NCBI GenBank assembly: GCA_965205015.1
Contig: OZ242029.1
Location: forward strand, 3,904,001 to 3,968,000
Reading direction: 5' to 3'
Length of the DNA stretch: 64,000 nt
DNA from: Candidatus Poribacteria bacterium
GTDB lineage: Bacteria; Poribacteria; WGA-4E; WGA-3G
Shown here: positions 29,634 to 38,722 of the stretch, piece by piece
Layout: each line of letters opens with the position of its first letter
Numbering within the stretch: the stretch's first letter is position 1
The notes under the pieces: model-generated
Databases searched by the model: none
Seen by the model: only the letters and a program-made list of their open reading frames with translations
What the model was told of the DNA's origin: nothing
Translations under genes and position numbers: made by a program

Positions 29634-31109
29634 TTATAGGTCACCGAACTCCTTCGGGATAAACCGCTGTTGATACGCGTAATTTTCTTCCGGTGGCACC
29701 GTCGCTTCAGCAACGGGTAGCGTGACGAGTTTACCTTCTCGGATAGCGGCTTCAAATTCGGGTCGGAACTTACGCATATAACTCACGGCGGGCCACGAGA
29801 CAGCAATACCAAAGACACAAATCGTATTCCATGTCATCGTATCCACATTCGCGATGTTATTGGCGACACTTTCCAGTAAATCCAAGTCTTCGTAGATTTC
29901 TTCTGTCTCACCGGTATCACCCCATCTGCCATTTTCAGCGACCCCGAATTTGGGACGGGTCATCGTGTCTTTTCGTCCGTTTCCGTCGGCAATGCGCTGG
30001 ACAATATCTCGCACCCATGGGGTCCCCCAGCGGCACGGCGTACACTGTCCACACGATTCATGTGCGTAGAATTTCATGATATTGAGCAGACAATCGACGA
30101 TGTTCCGGGTCTCGTTCATGACGATGATGCCGCCGGACCCGAGCATCGACTTGGCGAGTGTGAGCGAAGTAAAATCGAGTCGCGTATCCAACTCGTAGTG
30201 CGTTAGAATCGGTGCGGAACTCCCACCGGGGATAACTGCTTTCACCTCTTCGCCGCGCAGGCCGCCTGCAACCTCAATGAGTTCTGAACAGGTCAAACCG
30301 AGATCGAGCTCATAAACGCCGGGTTCGTTAACATCGCCACTGATGCAATAGAGTTTCGTGCCCGTGTTGGGATCGGGTGTCGGCGGATTCGCGCGCGTAT
30401 CGGCATACGTCGGTCCCATCTGGGTATACCATTCAACGCCGTTGCCAATGATGAAAGGCAGGTTACACAATGTCTCAACATTCTGGACGACGGTTGGTTT
30501 TCCAAACACGCCTTCAACAGCAGGGAACGGCGGTTTGTTCCGAGGTTGCCCACGTTTGCCCTCAAGCGATTCAATGAGTCCCGTCTCCTCGCCACAGATA
30601 TAGGCACCGGCACCTGGGTGTGTATAGATGTCGATGTTGAGACCAGTGCCACGGATGTCTTTGCCGAGGTATCCCTTCTCGTAAGCTTCCTTGATGGCGG
30701 CATCCAACATCTTTTTCCCGAGTGTGAATTCACCGCGAATGTAGACATAGGTCGTCTCGATGCCCATTGCATAGCAGCAAATCAGGATACCCTCAATCAA
30801 TAGGTGTGGATTCTTTTCCAAAACGTAGCGATTACTAAACGTCCCTGGTTCACTTTCGTCGGCATTGCAACAGAGATAACACGGTTTTATGTCTCTTGGA
30901 ACGAAACTCCATTTCAAGCCTGTCGAAAATCCGGCACCGCCTCTACCCTTCAACCCGGAATCCATCACCATTTTCGCAATATCGTCTGGTTGATATTCGG
31001 CGATTGCCTTTTCAAAACGGGTGTAGCCGTCGTATTGCCGAAAGACATCGAACGTGTTAATATCAGGCACATCCAGATGCTCGTAGAGAATTCGTCTTTC
31101 TTCTACCAT
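29634..31109 (-). CDS. nuoF: NADH-quinone oxidoreductase subunit F
   Basis: GRGGAGF, NADESEPGT, GAGAYICGEET, ESCGQCTPCR. Confidence 0.96.
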   Translation of the reverse strand: MVEERRILYEHLDVPDINTFDVFRQYDGYTRFEKAIAEYQPDDIAKMVMDSGLKGRGGAGFSTGLKWSFVPRDIKPCYLCCNADESEPGTFSNRYVLEKNPHLLIEGILICCYAMGIETTYVYIRGEFTLGKKMLDAAIKEAYEKGYLGKDIRGTGLNIDIYTHPGAGAYICGEETGLIESLEGKRGQPRNKPPFPAVEGVFGKPTVVQNVETLCNLPFIIGNGVEWYTQMGPTYADTRANPPTPDPNTGTKLYCISGDVNEPGVYELDLGLTCSELIEVAGGLRGEEVKAVIPGGSSAPILTHYELDTRLDFTSLTLAKSMLGSGGIIVMNETRNIVDCLLNIMKFYAHESCGQCTPCRWGTPWVRDIVQRIADGNGRKDTMTRPKFGVAENGRWGDTGETEEIYEDLDLLESVANNIANVDTMTWNTICVFGIAVSWPAVSYMRKFRPEFEAAIREGKLVTLPVAEATVPPEENYAYQQRFIPKEFGDL

Positions 31110-31132
31110 TTTTTAATTTATGACTCCTGGGC

Positions 31133-31208
31133 GTTGCTCCATTATATTACGCAACGGTTTCCGGTAAAGTTTGTAACCTTTCCGAACCTGAAGTAGGTTG
31201 CTTACTTC
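31133..31208. repeat. Three consecutive hairpins between nuoE and nuoF
   Basis: CGTTGC/GCAACG; GGTTTCCGGTAAAG/CTTTCCGAACC; GAAGTA/TACTTC. Confidence 0.55.
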
Positions 31209-31229
31209 TCGGATTTTTCGTTTTCTCAA

Positions 31230-31757
31230 CTATGCTTCCTGCAAATTATCTAAGATCTCATCAACCTTTTCCGGGGTTAAATTCTTATACAAATCGTCAT
31301 TCACCATGATAACAGGAGCGACATCGCACGAGGCAAGACATTCCACTTTCATGAGTGTGAACTTCCCATCAGCAGTTGTGCCTTTGGCGAGATTGGTTTC
31401 AGCAGCAACATCCGTGTCCAACTTCATCTTAAGATGGTCCAAAACGCCCTTACAATCTCGCAGTGCACAAGGAAGGGTATGACATACCCGAATGACGTAT
31501 TCTCCTACCGGTTCTTCAAAGAACATCGGATAGAAAGTAACGACATCCTTGACCTTCATCACAGAGACTTCAAGTTGCTCTGCGACATACTTCATGACGG
31601 CAGGTGTAATGTAGCCTGCCTGCCTTTGCGCGAGATGAAGGGTTGGCAGCATCGCCGCTTCTTTAATGGGATATCGCCCTATCAACGCGTCGAATTCACG
31701 TTGGTTTTCTTCATTAAACGCGAAAGGCGTTTCAATTTGAATGAGTGCATCTGACAT
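31230..31757 (-). CDS. nuoE: NADH-quinone oxidoreductase subunit E
   Basis: VCHTLPCAL, ECLASCDVAP. Confidence 0.95.
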   Translation of the reverse strand: MSDALIQIETPFAFNEENQREFDALIGRYPIKEAAMLPTLHLAQRQAGYITPAVMKYVAEQLEVSVMKVKDVVTFYPMFFEEPVGEYVIRVCHTLPCALRDCKGVLDHLKMKLDTDVAAETNLAKGTTADGKFTLMKVECLASCDVAPVIMVNDDLYKNLTPEKVDEILDNLQEA

Positions 31758-31782
31758 CTATATTTTCCTTAAAATTCTCCAA

Positions 31783-31919
31783 AAAATGTTACACTTGTGT
31801 AACATTTTCCTTGAAGAGGTTAGGCATATAAAACCCAGTGATCGTAAGGGTTCAAGGTCATCTTTTCTGATCTCTCGCGGTGAAAAAAAATAGTAATTTT
31901 GCGAAAAGTGTAACATTTT
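31783..31919. repeat. TGTTACAC palindrome/inverted-repeat element
   Basis: AAAATGTTACAC-TT-GTGTAACATTTT (31783-31808) and third half-site AAGTGTAACATTTT (31906-31919). Confidence 0.75.
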
Positions 31920-31926
31920 ACTGATA

Positions 31927-32157
31927 TTAATCTGCTGCTACAAATGCCTCCTGTACTTTGCGAGGTAATTCAACAAAAATGAAATAAGATTCAGGATACA
32001 GGTAGTCTTCCTGAGATTCATCAACAACTCGCAGATACCCCTCGCGCGCCGCTTCTACGTCAGGTAAAATTTGGTAGAATTTCCGCTTCTCTATGTCTTC
32101 ACAGTCTCCATTTTCGATGCAAAGCACGAATTGGATTTTTAACCGTTTCGTTTCCAT
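31927..32157 (-). CDS. Small conserved hypothetical protein
   Basis: FVLCIEN...KFYQILPD.EAA.EGYLRVVDESQEDYLYP motif, recalled from a widespread ~75-aa family. Confidence 0.7.
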   Translation of the reverse strand: METKRLKIQFVLCIENGDCEDIEKRKFYQILPDVEAAREGYLRVVDESQEDYLYPESYFIFVELPRKVQEAFVAAD

Positions 32158-32161
32158 AGCT

Positions 32162-32515
32162 TTAGTAGTTGCCATAAAACTGAATACGGTTGCCTTCTGG
32201 ATCGCGGATATCGAAAATGGCATGCCCCTCGTTGTTCTCAAGTTTCCGTAATCGTTTCCCTTTCGATTTTATGTGCTGATGAATGGCACTGACGCTTTCA
32301 ACGTGAAACATCAGTTTCTGTCTGCCTTCGTTGGGTTTGCTGGCACTATGGAGACACAACGTACAAGCACCCGCGTTAAAACGGAAAAAGCGGTGTTCCG
32401 GGAACGGTTGATCTTCGTCAGGCGTCAATCCGATGACATCCCTGTAAAAGGCGATGACAGTTTTCATGTCTTTGACAAAAAGCATAATGCCGCCCAGTTC
32501 TATTGTGTTCTCCAT
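32162..32515 (-). CDS. VOC/glyoxalase family protein
   Basis: LFVKDM...FYRDVIGL, IRDPEGNRIQF. Confidence 0.88.
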   Translation of the reverse strand: MENTIELGGIMLFVKDMKTVIAFYRDVIGLTPDEDQPFPEHRFFRFNAGACTLCLHSASKPNEGRQKLMFHVESVSAIHQHIKSKGKRLRKLENNEGHAIFDIRDPEGNRIQFYGNY

Positions 32516-32532
32516 TTTATGTGTTCTCCATT

Positions 32533-33729
32533 TTAGCGATCTAACTCACCGGCAATAACATTCAGACTTCCCAAGACAGCTACGGTATCCGAAACCATTC
32601 CGCCCTCTAACATACGGGGGAGTGCTTGGAAGTGCAAGAAACTCGGCGGACGGATGCGGATGCGATAAGCCGTTCCGCTGCCATCACTGACGATATAAAA
32701 TCCGAGTTCGCCGTTCGGTGACTCGGTTGCACAATAATGCTCACCCTTTGGCGTTTCCACGCCGTGCCCGTCCATAACAACTTTAAAGTGATGGATTAAG
32801 CCCTCAATATGCCCATACGCATCGGACTTATTCGGCATCGTAATCTTGTTATCTTCGAGGTTGACGGGTCCGTCAGGCATGTTATCCAGGACTTGGGTAA
32901 CGATACCACAACTCTGAATCATCTCCTCCATCCGGACAAGGTAGCGGTCGTAGGCATCGCCGTTGGTCCCAACTGGCACATCAAATGTGACTTCATCGTA
33001 ACTCGAATACGGTTCAGTCTTGCGTATATCATGTGCTACGCCGGTGGCTCGAAGGCAAGGACCTGTTAATCCGTAGCTTATGGCATCTTCAGAGGAAATA
33101 GGTCCGACCCCTTTTGTGCGGTCCATCCAGATACGGTTTCGTGTGAGGAGTGTATGCGTCTCCTTCAACGCCTTCGGGAAGTTATTGATGAATTCGCGTA
33201 TATCTTCTTCACACCCAGCATAGAGGTCGCGAAGCACACCGCCAATACGCGTATAACTGGTTGTTAACCGTGCGCCGGTCGTCTTTTCAAAGATGCTATA
33301 CAACTTCTCGCGTTCCCGGAAACTATAGAGGAATACAGAGAATGCCCCCAAGTCCAGGGCGGCAGTTCCCAACCATAAGAGGTGATCTGCGAGTCGTGAG
33401 AGCTCCGCCATCAATATACGGATGTATTGACACCGCTTTGGAACCTCAATGTCGAGCAACTGCTCGACAGCAAGCACATAGCCGAAATTGTTAGACAACG
33501 GCGACAGATAGTTCATCCGGTCGGTTACAACAATATACTGGTTGTAATCCAAGTGTTCACCGAGTTTCTCAAATCCGGTATGCAGGTAGCCGGCATGTGG
33601 GGTCGCCTTCAGAACGGATTCGCCATCAAGTTCCAACACGATACGGAGGGTGCCGTGCGTTGCCGGATGTTGCGGACCGAAGCTGAGGACCATCTTCTCA
33701 CCTGTGGCGCGTTCCAGCCCACCTTGCAT
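32533..33729 (-). CDS. nuoD: NADH-quinone oxidoreductase subunit D
   Basis: GPQHPATHGTLR, GYLHTGFEK, DRMNY, ESPNGELG, GELDR. Confidence 0.96.
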   Translation of the reverse strand: MQGGLERATGEKMVLSFGPQHPATHGTLRIVLELDGESVLKATPHAGYLHTGFEKLGEHLDYNQYIVVTDRMNYLSPLSNNFGYVLAVEQLLDIEVPKRCQYIRILMAELSRLADHLLWLGTAALDLGAFSVFLYSFREREKLYSIFEKTTGARLTTSYTRIGGVLRDLYAGCEEDIREFINNFPKALKETHTLLTRNRIWMDRTKGVGPISSEDAISYGLTGPCLRATGVAHDIRKTEPYSSYDEVTFDVPVGTNGDAYDRYLVRMEEMIQSCGIVTQVLDNMPDGPVNLEDNKITMPNKSDAYGHIEGLIHHFKVVMDGHGVETPKGEHYCATESPNGELGFYIVSDGSGTAYRIRIRPPSFLHFQALPRMLEGGMVSDTVAVLGSLNVIAGELDR

Positions 33730-33745
33730 AAAATACTCCTTTTTT

Positions 33746-33890
33746 ATAGTTATCGGTTTTCGGTTATCAGTTTTCAGTTAAGAAGTGGGTTTGTAACGAC
33801 TTACTTATCCCTTAGTGGACCCCAGAGCCCTGTAAATTGTTACCAAAGGACTTCTTAACCGATGACCGACGACTGACAACTGACCACCAC
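33746..33890. repeat. Heptamer-armed long palindrome, copy F
   Basis: ATAGTTATC GGTTTTC GGTTATC AGTTTTC AGTTAAGAAGT ... ACTTCTTAACC GATGACC GACGACT GACAACT GACCACC. Confidence 0.88.
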
Positions 33891-33896
33891 TTTGTT

Positions 33897-34445
33897 TTAG
33901 GCATTCTGTTTATCAAAATTAAAGCGTTCGCGCTCGCCACGTCCGCGGAGTGGATAATCCTTTCGGAGCGGGTGTCCTTCAAAATCGTCCGGCATCAAAA
34001 TCCGGCGAAGATCGGGATGTCCCTCAAAATTGATACCGAACATGTCGTAGGTCTCACGCTCCAGCCAGTTCGCACCTTTCCACAAGGGGGCAACGGATGG
34101 GATGCTCAGATCGTTTTCATGGACAGGTACCTTGACTCGGAGGCGACATTGTCCCTGATAGGAATAGAGCTGATAGACCACCATGAACCGCGCATAGTCA
34201 AACTGCATCAACTCCGATTCCATCTGAGAATTGTCAACAGCGGTAACATCAACGAGAAAGGTATAGGCGAGTTCAGCATCCGTTTTCAGATACTCCAAAA
34301 CGGCGTAAGCCTGTTCTTTACGAACAACAACGACGGCAGTGCCGCGGATTTCGTCCTGTGCCAAGAGAGCATCTGCGTGATGTTCCTCTAATTTTTCAAG
34401 CACGAGGGGTTTCGACTGTTCTTCAACTTCTTTCTCTTCATTCAT
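33897..34445 (-). CDS. nuoC: NADH-quinone oxidoreductase subunit C
   Basis: [35 protein letters not shown]. Confidence 0.96.
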   Translation of the reverse strand: MNEEKEVEEQSKPLVLEKLEEHHADALLAQDEIRGTAVVVVRKEQAYAVLEYLKTDAELAYTFLVDVTAVDNSQMESELMQFDYARFMVVYQLYSYQGQCRLRVKVPVHENDLSIPSVAPLWKGANWLERETYDMFGINFEGHPDLRRILMPDDFEGHPLRKDYPLRGRGERERFNFDKQNA

Positions 34446-34951
34446 ACGACTGCCTCTACTCCCTTAGGTGAAGCACCACTGGTGATTTTCTGCTGCACCT
34501 GCATCACGGCATCGATGAGATCTTCAGGGCGTGGGGGACATCCGGGTATGTAAACATCCACAGGGATGAACTGATCAACGCCTTGGATGAGGGTATAGGT
34601 ATCAAATACACCGCCACAAGAAGCGCATGCGCCCATCGAGATCACCCATTTCGGATCCGGCATCTGGTCATAGATCCGTTTTAGCACCGGCATCATTTTG
34701 ATGGAAATCCTGCCGGAAACGATGAGCAGATCGGATTGGCGGGGTGAAAAGCGGATCGCTTCAGAACCAAAGCGAGAGAGATCGAATTTAGAAGCCAAGG
34801 TCGCCATCATCTCAATGGCGCAGCACGCTGTTCCGAACGGCATGGGCCACAACGAATTCTTACGTCCCCAGTTGACAACTTTATCTATACTCGTTGTGAT
34901 GATATTTCCATCCGTCTCGCCGACACCGCGTCCAACAAAATCTAATCCCAT
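34442..34951 (-). CDS. nuoB: NADH-quinone oxidoreductase subunit B
   Basis: [37 protein letters not shown]; ATG 34951 after GGAGG. Confidence 0.96.
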   Translation of the reverse strand: MGLDFVGRGVGETDGNIITTSIDKVVNWGRKNSLWPMPFGTACCAIEMMATLASKFDLSRFGSEAIRFSPRQSDLLIVSGRISIKMMPVLKRIYDQMPDPKWVISMGACASCGGVFDTYTLIQGVDQFIPVDVYIPGCPPRPEDLIDAVMQVQQKITSGASPKGVEAVV

Positions 34952-35310
34952 GTTAAGCCTCCTTTCTTCCAAGCATAGATATAGCCGAGAAGAAGAATAC
35001 CGATAAACACCAGCATTTCAATTAAAATAAATAAACCACTCGTTTCAGAGAATTTCTTGAAGACCACTGCCCACGGATAGAGGAACACCACCTCAATATC
35101 GAAGATGATAAAGAGCATCGCGACGAGGTCAAACCGAATTGTAAAGCGTTGTCTCGCATCGCCGACGGGGCGGACACCAGATTCGTAAACGGAGAGTTTA
35201 ACGCGGGTCGGGCGTTTGGGTCCAAGAATATGGGTTAGGGCGAGATTAATACCCGCAAAGAGGACTGCGAAGAGTCCTAACAACAAGATCGGAAGATAAT
35301 CTATTAACAT
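34942..35310 (-). CDS. nuoA: NADH-quinone oxidoreductase subunit A
   Basis: [27 protein letters not shown]. Confidence 0.96.
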   Translation of the reverse strand: MLIDYLPILLLGLFAVLFAGINLALTHILGPKRPTRVKLSVYESGVRPVGDARQRFTIRFDLVAMLFIIFDIEVVFLYPWAVVFKKFSETSGLFILIEMLVFIGILLLGYIYAWKKGGLTWD

Positions 35311-35505
35311 TGTTTCTAATCTATTTCGTCCTCACACATCTTAATATTGGCTCACGAACTTTGCCAAAGTTAAAAGTTAATGCAGACTCAGAAACACAAT
35401 TTTCTAATATGCTTAATAGTTTCTCATATTTCAAAAACATTGTCAAGTTTTTTTTAGAAAAAATATAAAGTGTTACGAATTCTCCAGAGCCAATCAATCC
35501 TGTGT

Positions 35506-36261
35506 CTAAAACTTTTTCAATTGTCCCCACACCGTCGTGAGTTTTCCGCCAGGTGTTACGGCGAGTCCACCGTTGTTCGGAACACTATCGCCGGTGACAG
35601 TAATGTTATCAAAGAGTGCCGTGTAATTTGCAAGCCCCACACCGACCCCACCTGTCGAAAAGCCAATAAGTTTACCTGCTTTTGTCTTAATTTTTTGACC
35701 CTTATGCATCAGATCGAAATCATCTCCGGTTTCCGCAATTTTCTTATTATTTAACCAAAAAATGAAGTTTTTACTCTTAACACTTAACTTTAGATGCGAC
35801 CACTTGTTCAATCTTAAAAGCGGATGGGATTCAAAGTAGAGGACTATAAATTCTGCCTCGTGCATATCGCCCTTCACACAACTCAAAAATGATCCGAGGA
35901 GGGGATTGTCGTTACCCAGGAACACTGGGTCCGCAACACTACAGTAGAATAACACACTTCCCTTAACCCTCGCTGCAATTGCTATAGCACCCCTACCGTG
36001 TTTTTGCAGTGGCTTGACCTCAAATTCTATAGTGTAATCCTCCCATGTTTCATTACCTGTTGTGAGTAGGCGCAGCGTCGGATCAGGACTTACGGCGTGG
36101 AGTTCATCATTGATGATCTCCCAGGAACCGGGTCCCTCCCTTAACTGGACCAGTTCCTGCCATCCTTCCAAGTCTCCGTCATCAAAGGTTTCCTGAAACG
36201 TTCCTGCCCATCCAGGGAAAGAGATGAGAAAAAATGTTGCGACAAGGCATGTCAATTTCAT
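35506..36261 (-). CDS. Secreted beta-sandwich protein (DUF1080/LamG-like) with conserved C-terminal tail
   Basis: Signal peptide; ETFDDG, WEDYTIE, FDNITVTG; ends GGLAVTPGGKLTTVWGQLKKF. Confidence 0.7.
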   Translation of the reverse strand: MKLTCLVATFFLISFPGWAGTFQETFDDGDLEGWQELVQLREGPGSWEIINDELHAVSPDPTLRLLTTGNETWEDYTIEFEVKPLQKHGRGAIAIAARVKGSVLFYCSVADPVFLGNDNPLLGSFLSCVKGDMHEAEFIVLYFESHPLLRLNKWSHLKLSVKSKNFIFWLNNKKIAETGDDFDLMHKGQKIKTKAGKLIGFSTGGVGVGLANYTALFDNITVTGDSVPNNGGLAVTPGGKLTTVWGQLKKF

Positions 36262-36378
36262 TGGAAATTTTCTCCGTTTCTTGATCTATTATCCGAGTGG
36301 TTAAAGTGTAATAGGAATCTACAAGAAAGGTCAAGTGATTTTCGAGATTTCTCTGAGGTGTCTAACGAAATGTCAAAT

Positions 36379-37023
36379 TTATGGCGACAAGCGTTTCATC
36401 TCCCATGTTCCATCGGATTGGAGCGTATAGCAGAGTCGATCATGAAGGCGGTTTGGACACCCTTGCCAGAACTCAAACAGGTTCGGTATGAGTCGGTACC
36501 CCCCCCAATGGGATGGACGTGGAATGGTATCCTGTGAATACGTGTGCTCCGCTCGTTGGAACCCCTCTGTGAGATGTTCTCGTCCTTCAATGACAAGACT
36601 CTGGCGTTCTGCCCACACGGCGAGTTGACTGCTTAGAGGGCGACTGGCGAAGTAAGCATCCGATTCCTCCGCTGTCATCTTTTCAACAATTCCGGTACTG
36701 CGGACCTGTCGATCGAGTTCACGCCAATAGAATACCAACGCGGCGTTCGGATTCTCAGCGAGTTCTTTTCCTTTTTGGCTTCCGTAATCGGTGTAGAAAC
36801 AGAAACCGCTCGCATCGAAGCCTCTGAGGACCACCATTCGAGCAGATGGAACCCCTTGCGGCGTTGCTGTTGCTAACGTCATCGCATCCGGTAGGTCGAG
36901 TTGAGCGGCAGTCGCATCTGCGAACCACCTCTCAAATTGTTCAAACGGATCGGACGAAGTGTTCTCTTCAAGCAGGTGTCCGCTATCTGCTCTATACTCT
37001 CGGCGTAGTTTATCAGTATTCAT
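36379..37023 (-). CDS. pdxH: Pyridoxamine 5'-phosphate oxidase
   Basis: LRREY, AMTLAT, PSARMV, YFASRP, WGGYR, EFWQG..NRLHDR, RLSP. Confidence 0.95.
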   Translation of the reverse strand: MNTDKLRREYRADSGHLLEENTSSDPFEQFERWFADATAAQLDLPDAMTLATATPQGVPSARMVVLRGFDASGFCFYTDYGSQKGKELAENPNAALVFYWRELDRQVRSTGIVEKMTAEESDAYFASRPLSSQLAVWAERQSLVIEGREHLTEGFQRAEHTYSQDTIPRPSHWGGYRLIPNLFEFWQGCPNRLHDRLCYTLQSDGTWEMKRLSP

Positions 37024-37026
37024 GAA

Positions 37027-37054
37027 GTAGTAGGCACACTCCGACGTGCCGTAA
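37027..37054 (+). repeat. REP-like family B, intergenic copy abutting pdxH start
   Basis: GTAGTAGGCACACTCCGACGTGCCGTAA. Confidence 0.85.
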
Positions 37055-37072
37055 TCAAATTATCGCGATGCT

Positions 37073-38578
37073 TTACCTTTTCCAAAAATTCGGTGAAAAG
37101 AGGATCAGCACGGTATAAAGTTCTAAACGTCCCAGTAACATACAGAAGACCAGAACAAATTTTCCAACTGTATGGATATGGGCGTAGTTATCAGCGGGGC
37201 CCACACTGCCGAGACCGGGTCCGATGTTTCCCAGTGTAGCGATTGTCGCCCCTGCGGCGCTCACAAGGTCAAGTCCTAAAATTGACATAATGCACGTTAC
37301 AATCGCAAAAATCCCGATGAAAAAGAAAAAGAAACCGAGGACATTTGTCATTACTTCGGGGGGGACGACTCGATCGTTAACGCGGATCGGCAGCACTGCA
37401 TGTGGGAAGAGGAGGCGTTTGATTTCGGCACGACTCTGTTTAATGAGGAGTAGGAACCGAACCTGCTTCATCCCGCCGCCGGTGGAACCGGCACACCCCC
37501 CGTAGAACATAAGTGTCACCAATATGAATTGGGAGAGGGCGGGCCACTGTTCAAAGTCAGCAGTCCCGTAGCCAGTAGTCGTGATGATAGACATGACCTG
37601 AAACGTAGCATAGCGTAGCGAGGTCCACATTGAATCGTAAGGGATATCCCCATCGACTTGAAACCTGATTGTATTCCATGAAATTAGGGTGATACTCACT
37701 GCGATAACGATACAGTAGAATTTGAATTCTGTATCTTGGAGATAGGCTTTGACATCGCCCCGGAGGGCGCGATAATGGAGTGCGAAGTTGGTTCCAGCGA
37801 GAAACATAAAAAAACTGATAACCATGTCAACATAAACACTATTATAGTGTCCAATGCTCTGGTTTTTCGTCGAAAACCCACCGGTCGCCATCGTACCAAA
37901 GGTGTGGCAGAGTGCGTCAAAGAGGGACATGCCGCCGAGCATGAGTAGCACTGTTTCTAAAAGAGAGAGCAGGAGATAAACGCCCCAGAGAAGTTTAGCG
38001 GTTTGTGCGATACGGGGGGTGAGTCGGTCGGTCTGTGGTCCGGGAGCCTCGGCGCGAAAAAGCTGCATACCCCCGATGCCGAGCATTGGAAGAATCGCGA
38101 CAGCAAGGACGACGATTCCCATTCCGCCGAGCCAGTGGGACAGGCTCCGCCAAAAGAGCATGGCGTGTGAAAGATGCTCGATTTCGGTGAGGACGGTGGC
38201 ACCTGTGGTCGAGAACCCCGCCATGGATTCAAAATAACAGAAGGAAAACTCTGTCCACGCTGAGCGACTCTCACTGTGAAATACATCTGCGAAGATATAG
38301 GGGAGCGAACCGAAAAGGGCGACTGTCACCCATCCCAAAGCGACAACTGCGAAGCCGTCGCGTATGCCGAGTTCTTGCTGTCGGGCGCGAATACTAAAAC
38401 GGAGCACCAAACCGACAATTAGGGTGAGTATTGTCGAGATGACGAACGCTGTCAAATTGCTCTCAGTTTCACCTGCCCTTGCTTGGTAATAGATAGCCAC
38501 TCCTAAAGGAAGCAGCATCGTTCCGGCGAGACAAATAAGTAAATTACCAAGCGTATAAGCGATTAATTTAAGACTCAT
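37073..38578 (-). CDS. trkH: Trk K+ uptake membrane protein
   Basis: FESMAGFSTTGAT, WLGGMGI, ATGGFS, TTTGY, GGCAGSTGGG.K, GNIGPG, LGRLE. Confidence 0.95.
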   Translation of the reverse strand: MSLKLIAYTLGNLLICLAGTMLLPLGVAIYYQARAGETESNLTAFVISTILTLIVGLVLRFSIRARQQELGIRDGFAVVALGWVTVALFGSLPYIFADVFHSESRSAWTEFSFCYFESMAGFSTTGATVLTEIEHLSHAMLFWRSLSHWLGGMGIVVLAVAILPMLGIGGMQLFRAEAPGPQTDRLTPRIAQTAKLLWGVYLLLSLLETVLLMLGGMSLFDALCHTFGTMATGGFSTKNQSIGHYNSVYVDMVISFFMFLAGTNFALHYRALRGDVKAYLQDTEFKFYCIVIAVSITLISWNTIRFQVDGDIPYDSMWTSLRYATFQVMSIITTTGYGTADFEQWPALSQFILVTLMFYGGCAGSTGGGMKQVRFLLLIKQSRAEIKRLLFPHAVLPIRVNDRVVPPEVMTNVLGFFFFFIGIFAIVTCIMSILGLDLVSAAGATIATLGNIGPGLGSVGPADNYAHIHTVGKFVLVFCMLLGRLELYTVLILFSPNFWKR

Positions 38579-38582
38579 TTTA

Positions 38583-38720
38583 ATAGTTATCAGTCGTCGG
38601 TTCGGTTTTTCTACGAAAAACCTTTCAGTTTTCAGTAAGAGGTTTCTTTTAACAAAAGTCTCTTATAACTGACAACCGAGAACTATTCCTCCGATAATTG
38701 ACGACTGGCGACTGGCAACC
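38583..38720. repeat. Heptamer-armed long palindrome, copy G
   Basis: ATAGTTATC AGTCGTC GGTTC[hairpin]TTTC AGTTTTC AGTAAGAG ... CTCTTATAACT GACAACC GAGAACTAT plus extra heptamers. Confidence 0.82.
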
Positions 38721-38722
38721 CT

